A DNA stretch of 64,000 nucleotides from Verrucomicrobiales bacterium (lineage in GTDB: Bacteria; Verrucomicrobiota; Verrucomicrobiia; Limisphaerales; CAIMTB01), in assembly GCA_016795425.1 (NCBI GenBank), contig JAEUHG010000165.1:21024-85023 (forward strand). Direction: 5' to 3'. This document shows positions 56,085-64,000 of this stretch, piece after piece (within the stretch, counting starts at the first letter, position 1; every line of letters starts with the position of its first letter). Both the position numbers and the translations under genes were made by a program. The notes under the pieces are model-generated. The model searched no databases. It had not been told where the DNA came from and was given only the letters and a program-made list of their open reading frames with translations.

Positions 56085-57845
56085 ATGCCCTCGCCATTCC
56101 GGTCCGTGCCACATTGCCTTTGGTTGGCGCTCAGCTGTCTGACCGCGCCGTACGCCTCGCCCGGAGCCAACGACTACCCGCTGACGGCGGATTCCCTGCC
56201 CCAGCCCGGGGTACCCCAGGGGAAGATCGTCGACGGCACCTACACCTCGACGGGAACTCTCTTTCCCGGCACGGTGCGTCCCTACTCCGTTTACATTCCC
56301 AGCCAATACGACCCCTCAGCACCGGCTTGCGTGATGGTTTTCCAGGATGGAAAAGGCCGGGCCAACGAATGGAAGGTCCCGATCGTTTTCGACAATCTCA
56401 TCCACAAGAAGGAGATGCCCGTCACCGTCGGGATCTTTGTCAGCCCGGGTGTCGTGCCGACGCCCGACAACAACACCAACGCCCAACCCAGGTTCAATCG
56501 CAGTTTCGAATACGATGGCCTGGGGGATCGCTACGCGCGGTTTCTCATCGAGGAGTTCCTGCCCTGGGTCACTTCGCAGCATGCGCTGAATCTCACCACC
56601 AACGCGACGGGACGTGCCATCGCCGGGGCCAGCTCCGGTGCCATCGCCGCCTTCACCGCGGCATGGGAAAGGCCCGACTCCTTCAGTCGTGTCTTTTCCA
56701 CCATCGGTACCTACGTGGGACTTCGCGGCGGCAATGATTATCCCACGCTGATCCGCAAGACCGAACCCAAACCCATCCGCGTGTTCCTCCAGGATGGCAG
56801 CAACGACCTCAACATCTACGGCGGCAATTGGTGGGTAGCCAATTTGGACATGCTTTCGGCCCTGGAATTCTCCGGATACGAAGTGAGCCACGCCTGGGGA
56901 GACGGCGGTCACGACGGCAAACAAGGCGCCGCCGTGTTCCCTGACGCCATGCGCTGGCTTTGGAAGGGCTACCCCGCCCCGATCGCCAAACCCATGGGCA
57001 ACTCGCACCCCCTCAGCAAAATTCTCATACCGGGCGAGGACTGGACGGTTGTGAGCTCGGGCCACGGATTCACCGAAGGTCCGGCCGTGAATGAACGAGG
57101 CGAGGTCTTCTTCTCGGACATTCCCAAGGGTCGGATTCACCAGGTGGCGCTCGATGGCAAAGTCACGGTTTTCGTCGAAAAAAGCCCGGGCGTGAACGGA
57201 CTGGGATTCGGTTTGGACGGTCGTCTTTACGCCTGCCAGAACGGCACGCAACGGCTGGTCCGCTACGACTCACAGGGCACCGAGGAATCCATCATCGAGA
57301 ACGCCCCGGCCAACGATCTCATCGCCCTGGCCGACCGCGGCTACTACACCGATCCCGAGAACAAGAAGGTATGGCACGTCGACGCGTCCGGAGCTCGCAC
57401 CGTGGCCGACGAAGGCATTCCCTTTCCCAACGGTGTCGTCGCCTCACCCGACCAGACCCTGCTTTACGTTTCCGACACGCGCGGGTGGTTCGTGTATTCG
57501 TTCCAGATCCAAACCGATGGATCACTTCGTTACCGACAGCCGTTCTTTCACCTGCACGTTCCCGACGCGGCGACCGAAAGCGGTGCCGACGGCATGACGG
57601 TCGACACGGAAGGCCGCCTTTACGTGGCGACCTCGCTGGGCCTCCAAATCTGCGACCAACCAGGCCGGGTCAACGCCATCGTACCCAAACCCCAACGAGC
57701 CTGGCTTTCCAACGTTGTATTCGGTGGCGCGAATTTCGACGAACTCTACGTCACGTGTGGGGACAAAGTCTTTAAGCGCAAGACCCGCGCCAAAGGTGTC
57801 CTCCCTTTTCAACCTCCCTTACGGCCCCCCACTCCCCGACTGTAG
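56085..57845 (+). CDS. Secreted fusion: esterase (enterochelin-esterase-like alpha/beta hydrolase) + SMP-30/gluconolactonase/LRE-like propeller
   Basis: After a signal peptide, the esterase part has YSVYIPSQYD, MPVTVGIFV and the nucleophile elbow IAGASSGA. The C-terminal half has GFTEGPAVNERGEVFFSD, YYTD, FPNGV and ADGMTVD, which are lactonase-type blades. Confidence 0.8.
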   Translation: MPSPFRSVPHCLWLALSCLTAPYASPGANDYPLTADSLPQPGVPQGKIVDGTYTSTGTLFPGTVRPYSVYIPSQYDPSAPACVMVFQDGKGRANEWKVPIVFDNLIHKKEMPVTVGIFVSPGVVPTPDNNTNAQPRFNRSFEYDGLGDRYARFLIEEFLPWVTSQHALNLTTNATGRAIAGASSGAIAAFTAAWERPDSFSRVFSTIGTYVGLRGGNDYPTLIRKTEPKPIRVFLQDGSNDLNIYGGNWWVANLDMLSALEFSGYEVSHAWGDGGHDGKQGAAVFPDAMRWLWKGYPAPIAKPMGNSHPLSKILIPGEDWTVVSSGHGFTEGPAVNERGEVFFSDIPKGRIHQVALDGKVTVFVEKSPGVNGLGFGLDGRLYACQNGTQRLVRYDSQGTEESIIENAPANDLIALADRGYYTDPENKKVWHVDASGARTVADEGIPFPNGVVASPDQTLLYVSDTRGWFVYSFQIQTDGSLRYRQPFFHLHVPDAATESGADGMTVDTEGRLYVATSLGLQICDQPGRVNAIVPKPQRAWLSNVVFGGANFDELYVTCGDKVFKRKTRAKGVLPFQPPLRPPTPRL

Positions 57846-59501
57846 TTTTGCCACCGCCGCCGCCGCCGCCGACTCTCGCAGTGCCCCTCCCAGCCTGCGT
57901 TCCGTGGTTTCAACAGCCAAGCCGCGTCGAGTTCGATCCCATAGGAACCGCCACAGCGGGACACGTCGACCTCGATACAGTGTCTCATCCACGCGCACCA
58001 CTTCCGCCGCACCGAGCACGCCGCAGAGTTCGACTTCCGATCGCGTCCCGAACGGCGGCATTGCGGCGGCGCGCCAGTCCTTCGACCGCGCCTCCCGCGT
58101 CACCACACGAGTCGGGTACGGTGCCAGGAATGACCCTTGCCAAAGATCAATATGGCCTTCTGCCACGGTGACCTCCTCATTCGCACCAACGCCTCGCACC
58201 GCGACCGAAACCACATTGTTGAATCCAGGTACTCTTTCCCAGGTCCTGCCCTCATTGGGACTGAACCACAGCCCTCCTGAACTCAGGCCGTCCCAGCCTT
58301 GGAGCCCGATCCATATCGACCCCCCATTGCCGCAGGCGATGGCCAGGCCGTGAGACGGGCTGGTCGGGTCTCCCGACGGCGAGGTGTCCCGCCAAACAGG
58401 CGACAAATCCGGCACCTCGACAGCATGGACGGCGGATCCCGTGTCGACCGCCACCACGGAACCGACGACGGCCGGGACCGGCAAAGCGAAACCGAAATCA
58501 GCCGCGCGATCTTCATACTCCTGGCGTTCGTCGTCCGTCGGCGCCAACGGCACCACGGACACCACCCAGCCTGGACGCGGTTCGCCAATGAGCGGCGCCT
58601 GGTTCTTCGCGGATTCCCGCCAGGTGACGGCGGGTAGTGAAAATCCAGGCGCACGCGAGCGCAGCGGATGTGCCGCCAGCGGAACCGGCAGCAGGCGAGT
58701 CCGGAAGGAGTAAGGACCGTTCAATTGGAAGGGTGAATTGGTACTCAACGCGTTTTCGGCGACTCGAAGGTAGTTGCGAAATCCTTGGGGTCCCGGAGCA
58801 CGATAACGGGAGACCGCCTTGAGTGCGCCGCCGTCCACTTCGGCCGCGATGGCATAGAGGGGTGCCCCACGGCTGCGCAGATCGATCGTCTCCCAATCCT
58901 TCATGGGAATCGAGAAAACCAAGGCAAACAAAGCCAGCATCGCGAACGTCACCATCGCGGCGTGGGCCAACTGTCGGCGCCGGTGCCAATTCCTCAGCAC
59001 CCGCAGATCGACGTCCGTGACGAAGGCCAAAAGCCGGAGCAGTTCCAGTCTGGCTCGCGGCTTGAGAACGAAGAACCACCAGCCTTTTCGAAGGTCGTGC
59101 CGCCGGTACTCAAGCCCCTTCAATGCCAAAAATGGCGCCGCGTCGACATCCCCGCCCAACTCCACCAAGGCAATGTTTGGGCTGTTGGCCGCGGCAATGC
59201 CGTATTCGATCTCCCGGGCAACCCACATCGACTCCGCTGCAGCCGGAGAGTAGCAAACAATCAAGGTGCGCGAGTCCTGGATGGCGCCGGAGATCTCACC
59301 GCCCAATTCCCCACCTCGAATGTCGGTGTGATCCAGAAAGACCCGGACGCGGCGCCTTGGATTGCCGAATCGATAACTCTCCAGAAAGGCCTGAACGCGC
59401 TTCACCCGCTGACGATCCGCACTGCTATACGACAGGAAGGCGTCGTAGCCCCCGTTCGACGGGTTAACCAGGCCTGCTGGACTCATTGGCTTCGTCGTCA
59501 T
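57819..59501 (-). CDS. TIR-domain protein with one TM helix and a C-terminal Asp-box/beta-propeller-like extracytoplasmic domain
   Basis: The N-terminal TIR is GYDAFLSYSSADRQRVKRV...RVFLDHTDIRGGE...SRTLIVCYSPAAAESMWVAREIEY. The TM is HAAMVTFAMLALFALVFSIPM, preceded by RNWHRRRQ. The C-terminal ~370 aa are beta-rich and carry the Asp-box-like SPNEGRTWERV. Confidence 0.85.
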   Translation of the reverse strand: MTTKPMSPAGLVNPSNGGYDAFLSYSSADRQRVKRVQAFLESYRFGNPRRRVRVFLDHTDIRGGELGGEISGAIQDSRTLIVCYSPAAAESMWVAREIEYGIAAANSPNIALVELGGDVDAAPFLALKGLEYRRHDLRKGWWFFVLKPRARLELLRLLAFVTDVDLRVLRNWHRRRQLAHAAMVTFAMLALFALVFSIPMKDWETIDLRSRGAPLYAIAAEVDGGALKAVSRYRAPGPQGFRNYLRVAENALSTNSPFQLNGPYSFRTRLLPVPLAAHPLRSRAPGFSLPAVTWRESAKNQAPLIGEPRPGWVVSVVPLAPTDDERQEYEDRAADFGFALPVPAVVGSVVAVDTGSAVHAVEVPDLSPVWRDTSPSGDPTSPSHGLAIACGNGGSIWIGLQGWDGLSSGGLWFSPNEGRTWERVPGFNNVVSVAVRGVGANEEVTVAEGHIDLWQGSFLAPYPTRVVTREARSKDWRAAAMPPFGTRSEVELCGVLGAAEVVRVDETLYRGRRVPLWRFLWDRTRRGLAVETTERRLGGALRESAAAAAVAKLQSGSGGP

Positions 59502-59505
59502 GCCA

Positions 59506-59994
59506 CTACTGAATTCGGACCAGCGAGATCCGTTCTTTCGGGCTCTTGAGGTCGCGAAGCTTGAAGGCTCCGGGCTTCAGCGGGAACCTCAACTCCCATT
59601 CCATCTTCTCGAACAGTATCAGGACATCCTTCTCGACCCTCCACGAACGAAACTCATCGGCGTATTCGTAGGGCTCACCCACCTCCTCGTAACTCCCTTC
59701 CCTGGAATAAACCTTTCCCGCATCGGTGAGCAGGATTTGCGTGTCGACCCCCCAATTCACAATCTCCCATTGCGTTCCGGTCAGCACCTCACGCCAATCG
59801 CCACTCGGAGGTCGCTGGGGTACCGGTCGAAGTTCGTCCTGATAGGTAATATTCATGTCGGCACCCCTAGGAGGGGACTTCCGACGGGATGCCGAGCAGC
59901 CCGCTAGGGCCAGCATCAGTAGACAGACGCCTACCCTGGCCCATGAACCACGAACGGCCCAGGCTCGCCCACGCGGAATCCGCAAACGCCTCAT
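59506..59994 (-). CDS. Small lipoprotein of unknown function, translationally linked to the TIR gene
   Basis: MRRLRIPRGRAWAVRGSWARVGVCLLMLALAGC carries the lipobox LAGC; the ORF-track start 60027 is an alternative. Its stop is 4 nt before the TIR start. I recognise no family. Confidence 0.65.
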   Translation of the reverse strand: MRRLRIPRGRAWAVRGSWARVGVCLLMLALAGCSASRRKSPPRGADMNITYQDELRPVPQRPPSGDWREVLTGTQWEIVNWGVDTQILLTDAGKVYSREGSYEEVGEPYEYADEFRSWRVEKDVLILFEKMEWELRFPLKPGAFKLRDLKSPKERISLVRIQ

Positions 59995-60140
59995 GAAATT
60001 GCCCTTCACAAGCACTGAGATGGCCAATGTTGGGAAGATTCAGGACTGAGTCGAACCTGGAAAATGAAAACTAAGGCAACGGCCGCCCTATCTGCATTCC
60101 CCTTGCGTTGACGCTTCCTCGGCCAGCCTCCAACACCCCG

Positions 60141-63100
60141 TCATCGACCGGTCCCGAACGCCGCGATCGCCTTGGCGCGAATCGTCGCGTCCGGATCGGC
60201 CACGAGCGATCGATACCGTTCCGGACCCAAGCTCTGGGCCGAGATCGTCTGGCGTTGAACCTCATCCAACAATGCAAGTTTGCGGTCGGAGGTTCTCATT
60301 AGGCCATCGATGGCGAGTTGCTGATGGCGTCCCGGCAAATGGCCCAGACCACGGATCAAGGCGGCGGTCGCATCCGGACCCGGAACATCGACCAAACCGC
60401 TGACGGCACCCAGTTGCAGTTCTTCCGGTGTGCCGTGGGCAAGGTAACGACTCAATTGATCGCCGCGCTTCGACCATGGCTCACAGCCCAACATGCGCAA
60501 GGCGTCATAGCGGGTGCCCTGCGGCACCTTGCTGTCATCGGCCATGGCCGACGCGAGGTCCAACGCCCGTGACCACCGTGTGGCCAAGTCAGGATCCGTG
60601 CCGACGATCCCGGCCAGTCGCTCGCCCGGCCACGGCTGTCGTTCGCTGATGCCGTTGATCAATCCGCCGCCGATTACCACGGCCTGCCAATCGGCCAGCG
60701 GTTGGTTGGTGCGAGGCAGACTCGCCGCGAGCATCGCGGCGATCTGAGGGGCGTCGTTGCGTCGACCGCACCCAATGGCAACACGCCACAGCCAAGGGAT
60801 GCGCTCATACTCCGCAGGGGTCCCTGGCGAAAGGTCGCGGGTCATCTCCACGATCAACGCGGCGGCAAATTGAGGATTCGCCCGAACCGCGGTCTCACGC
60901 GCCTCCGTCGATTGCCGGCCATCCAGAATCAGGCGAGCTACCGAAGCCGGGTCCCTAAGAACTGCCTCAGGGTCAGAGGTCGGCATGGATCCGCCTCGCA
61001 CAAAAGCCAGAAGATCCGCCATGCCCTTCATGTCGATGCCTTGCTCCAGACCTTCCGGCATCAGGGAAAGGGAAGAGGCACGCAACTCGCGGACCTTGTT
61101 CCGGAGGACCGAGGTCTGGACCCCGCCGCCGGCGACGAGCGTCAGACCTGTGGCCGTTTCCGCCGGGATCAAACCGCTCAGGTTGCTCCCATCCTCCAGT
61201 TCCAATTCATAGGCGACAAACCGCGGTTCGACGATCGCGTTCGGATCCAGGAGGTTTTTCAACCAGTACTCGGCGTCCTTGCCGCGCAATAGGCTCAGGT
61301 CCGGTCCGACGGCGAATCCGACACCCCCCAGGGAATGGCAGTTGGCGCATTGTTTCTCGAAGATACCCCGCCCGGCGTCGGCGTTTCCATCGATCTGCAG
61401 GGCGGGACGATACCGTTCGATCACGGCATTCCGCGACCCACCTTCAGGCAACGGAAGGACTTCCTGCGCCAGGACTCGCGTCGCCGTCGGCCCCGTACTT
61501 CGAAGGCGCTGCCGATCGACCAGCGGGATCTCGATCGCAGGAATGCGATTCGCCTTCACCGCCCGCAGAAGATCCTGGGCCCAGCCGTCGCGGCTCATCA
61601 GTACATCCAACATCCCCGCGCGCGCGCCCGGAAGACTCTCCGGCCAGATGCCCACGAGGCGTGTGGCGATCCGTTCCGAGGACGATGCGCGCAACCGATC
61701 CTGCGCCAGGCGGCGCACGGTTTCCGAGGAGTCCTTCGCCGCCAGCTCCGCCAGGCGGTCCAGATCATCCGCCCCATCACCGAGACGCGCCAGGACTTCG
61801 ATTCCAGCCCGGCGGATGGTCGATCCGACCACCGGATCCATCGCCCGGTGCCGGGCCAGCGCGATGACTGAACCGAGCGTCGACCTCGTCGGGGTCGTTC
61901 CGTGGCGCGCCCGCAACGCCGACAAAGAGGCATCCGGCAGCCCTTCGAGAAAGCCAGCCAAGTCGGTTAGATCGGCCTCGGTCGCCTCCTCGCCCGCAGG
62001 AGGTAGCACGGCGGCCAGCACGCGGTCCCGCGCCGACTCAGGTCCCGCCGCGGCAAGTGTGGTCGCCAGGCGCGGGACCCACGATTGGCGTGTGGCATGC
62101 CCTCGAGGCAAGGCCAGCATCACCTCGAGAATCGCGCTTCCGTGGCGCGCCGCTGCCGTGAGAACGGCTTGTTGAATTTCTGCGTCGTAGGCGTTCTCAA
62201 CGGCCAACCGTCCCAGGATCTTGCCAACCTCCGGATTCACCAACTCTCCCAGACTGTAGGCCAGTTGACGCCGAACCAACGGAACGGGATCGGTCGCCAG
62301 GGACCGAACGGCCTGGAAAAGTCCGGCCTCGCCCCGCTCGCCAGCGTCGCGAAGCCATTCTTCGGAGAGCCGCAGGGCGTGCGCGCGCACCCACGGATCC
62401 GGGTCGTGAAGGGCCTTCCCCAAAGTGTCCCAATCCAAGGCGGAGAGACCTGCCAACACGGATAATGCCTGCACTCGAACCTGCGGCGGCGCCGAGCTCG
62501 CCATCCGCACCAGGACCGGTGCCGAGGCGGAAGTCCCGCGAAGCAACAATTCCAGGTGAACCCGGTCGCGTTCCGTGCCGTTCGGCGACACCAAGGCCTC
62601 CGCCAACGCGGTCGCGTCCATGCCCCGCAGGTTCCGGACCGGCCGGGGGACCGCGCCTGCCTTGGGAACAATGCGATAGATCCGGCCGCGGTCGGCGCCG
62701 GCGCGAACCTCGATCTTCGACAAGCGCGCCGCCGGGATCCAACGCGGGTGTTCGATCAGGAATCGGTAGATGTCCACCACGTACAGTGCGCCGTCGGGTC
62801 CGGTGCGCACCTGTGCCGGACGAAACCAATGATCGGTGGACGCAAGGAACTCCGATGCCGCTTCCGACGGAGCACGACTGCTGGTGAGACCGGCGTCGGA
62901 CTCGTTGAGCACTTCCCGATGCACCAGGTTGTGAACCGGCTCGCAGATGAAGAGATTGCCCGCGTACTCAGTGCCCAACCAGACGTCTCGATAGACCGTC
63001 AAACCGCACGCAGAAGTCACCCGGTTGGCGTTGTCCGGGTCGTTGTATCGCTCCAGCAATCGGCTGGCCGGATACACGTCGCGCCCGCCCGGGCGGCCGT

Positions 63101-63983
63101 CCAGATGCCGAATCGGATCCGGAAAGGACACATGCGGATTTCGGCGCAGGTAACGTTCGTCGACCGAATAATGCAGCAGCAGGCGGCTGTTGTCGCAACC
63201 GAACCATCGCCCCCAATCATCGCGCATCCGCCCGTACTGGGTGAGACCCGTGGTGGTTTCCAGTGCTCCCGTGCGAGGATGAAAGCGGAAGTCGCGATTG
63301 CGGATATCAACCGGAGGGGCCAGGGACTTCGTGCGAAAGAAGGAGTTGGTGACCGCAGCGATGGTGCCTCCCAAGAGGCCGTTGGCTCCATGGATCCAGT
63401 TATCGAGACCCAGCGACAGACTGTTGACTCGCGCCTGATAGTTCTCGGTGTTGAACCCGGTGAACAACCGCTCCACCCGATCCGCGCGCCCATCGCCATT
63501 CGTGTCTTCGGCGTAGAGAATGTCGGGTGCGGCGCTGATCAAGGCACCGTTTCCCCAGGCGGTGATCCCGGTCGGAAACGGAATGCCATCCAGGAAAAGC
63601 GTCGCCCGGTCGTAGACGCCGTCCCCATCGGAGTCCGACAGGATCTTAACCCGTCCACCGGGCTGCCATTGTTCATCCAATCCCGTGGGATAATCGTTCA
63701 TCTCGCAGACCCACAGTAAACCGTCCGCACCCCAATCAATGGCGACGGGATCCACCACCAACGGTTCGGTCACCACGACTTCAACTTTCAGATTCGACGG
63801 CAGTCGAAACGCCGCCTGCGCCTCGGTCGGCGGGAGCGGATCGATTCCTTCCGTACCTCGGGTTGCCGCGCCAACCGCCGACCCGCTGATCATCACCAAA
63901 AGGAAGGCAAGAACCCTGCCCACGAATCGATGGATCCTGCCCACCACCTCGCGGCGCGAGGAGGGCCACCTGACTGGACCCAA
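60141..63983 (-). CDS. PVC-type haem-binding CxxCH protein (N-terminal membrane-bound-dehydrogenase-like propeller, HEAT repeats, cytochrome c domain)
   Basis: The N-terminal block is FRLPSNLKVEVVVTEPLVVDPVAIDWGADGLLWVCEM...DGDGVYD. Central HEAT-like repeats include DPWVRAHALRL and VPLVRRQLAYSLG. The haem site is CANCHSLGGVG...GPDLS. The architecture is typical of Planctomycetes/Verrucomicrobia. Confidence 0.9.
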   Translation of the reverse strand: MGPVRWPSSRREVVGRIHRFVGRVLAFLLVMISGSAVGAATRGTEGIDPLPPTEAQAAFRLPSNLKVEVVVTEPLVVDPVAIDWGADGLLWVCEMNDYPTGLDEQWQPGGRVKILSDSDGDGVYDRATLFLDGIPFPTGITAWGNGALISAAPDILYAEDTNGDGRADRVERLFTGFNTENYQARVNSLSLGLDNWIHGANGLLGGTIAAVTNSFFRTKSLAPPVDIRNRDFRFHPRTGALETTTGLTQYGRMRDDWGRWFGCDNSRLLLHYSVDERYLRRNPHVSFPDPIRHLDGRPGGRDVYPASRLLERYNDPDNANRVTSACGLTVYRDVWLGTEYAGNLFICEPVHNLVHREVLNESDAGLTSSRAPSEAASEFLASTDHWFRPAQVRTGPDGALYVVDIYRFLIEHPRWIPAARLSKIEVRAGADRGRIYRIVPKAGAVPRPVRNLRGMDATALAEALVSPNGTERDRVHLELLLRGTSASAPVLVRMASSAPPQVRVQALSVLAGLSALDWDTLGKALHDPDPWVRAHALRLSEEWLRDAGERGEAGLFQAVRSLATDPVPLVRRQLAYSLGELVNPEVGKILGRLAVENAYDAEIQQAVLTAAARHGSAILEVMLALPRGHATRQSWVPRLATTLAAAGPESARDRVLAAVLPPAGEEATEADLTDLAGFLEGLPDASLSALRARHGTTPTRSTLGSVIALARHRAMDPVVGSTIRRAGIEVLARLGDGADDLDRLAELAAKDSSETVRRLAQDRLRASSSERIATRLVGIWPESLPGARAGMLDVLMSRDGWAQDLLRAVKANRIPAIEIPLVDRQRLRSTGPTATRVLAQEVLPLPEGGSRNAVIERYRPALQIDGNADAGRGIFEKQCANCHSLGGVGFAVGPDLSLLRGKDAEYWLKNLLDPNAIVEPRFVAYELELEDGSNLSGLIPAETATGLTLVAGGGVQTSVLRNKVRELRASSLSLMPEGLEQGIDMKGMADLLAFVRGGSMPTSDPEAVLRDPASVARLILDGRQSTEARETAVRANPQFAAALIVEMTRDLSPGTPAEYERIPWLWRVAIGCGRRNDAPQIAAMLAASLPRTNQPLADWQAVVIGGGLINGISERQPWPGERLAGIVGTDPDLATRWSRALDLASAMADDSKVPQGTRYDALRMLGCEPWSKRGDQLSRYLAHGTPEELQLGAVSGLVDVPGPDATAALIRGLGHLPGRHQQLAIDGLMRTSDRKLALLDEVQRQTISAQSLGPERYRSLVADPDATIRAKAIAAFGTGR

Positions 63984-64000
63984 TTCCGCCGCGACAGGAA

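Noticed and set aside
57851-57869. (GCC/CCG)n trinucleotide run in the 27-nt convergent overlap of the esterase-lactonase and TIR genes
   Set aside because: It is short and encodes an Ala run in the TIR C-terminal tail. It is common in high-GC genomes and I see no evidence of function.
1-64000. Scan for CRISPR arrays, transposases, integrases, phage genes, rRNA and tRNA
   Set aside because: I recognised none in any frame or in the intergenic regions. The window looks like core or accessory chromosome rather than a mobile element.

Overview
No searches or computations were run. Every family call below comes from motifs I read in the supplied translations or translated myself, and start codons are often uncertain.

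This is a high-GC bacterial chromosomal segment (GC judged by eye). Its gene content is typical of the PVC superphylum (Verrucomicrobia/Planctomycetes): H-X9-DG prepilin-like proteins, tandem sulfatases, an LTD-CotH protein and a PVC-type CxxCH haem protein. I support about 43 protein-coding genes. I found no rRNA, tRNA, CRISPR array, transposase or integrase. Most of the long ORFs antisense to these genes are high-GC artefacts.

Layout:
- 1-6.5 kb: partial GcvT-like gene, an EF-hand-loop membrane protein, a lipoprotein-signal methyltransferase, an APC permease, an SDR and a small TPR protein.
- 6.6-12.1 kb: complete hoxEFUYH-hoxW NAD(P)-linked bidirectional [NiFe]-hydrogenase operon.
- 12-22 kb: pseudopilin, fold-III PLP decarboxylase, PQQ-like propeller, RlmM-like methyltransferase and three tandem sulfatases.
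- 22-37 kb: eight tightly packed or overlapping genes built around MoxR AAA+/DUF58/BatA-VWA. A TPR-gluzincin protease opens the block and a legumain-like protein with Ser at the nucleophile position closes it.
- 37-39 kb: MoeB-rhodanese and a purine nucleoside phosphorylase.
- 39-53 kb: two non-identical copies of the circularly permuted ATP-grasp / alpha-E / transglutaminase system. One has ATP-grasp and alpha-E fused. The other has a phosphofructokinase embedded and a 1163-aa transglutaminase-DUF2126 protein. They flank an OprB-type porin.
- 53-58 kb: pseudopilin, LTD-CotH and an esterase-SMP30 fusion.
- 57.8-60 kb: a lipoprotein gene 4 nt upstream of a TIR - single TM - Asp-box/propeller-like protein.
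- 60-64 kb: a 1280-aa PVC haem-binding protein.

Best candidates for undescribed biology:
- the lipoprotein + membrane-anchored TIR pair;
- the duplicated ATP-grasp/alpha-E/transglutaminase systems;
- the MoxR/VWA envelope operon with its protease-fold bookends;
- a perfect 48-bp palindrome at 14651-14698.
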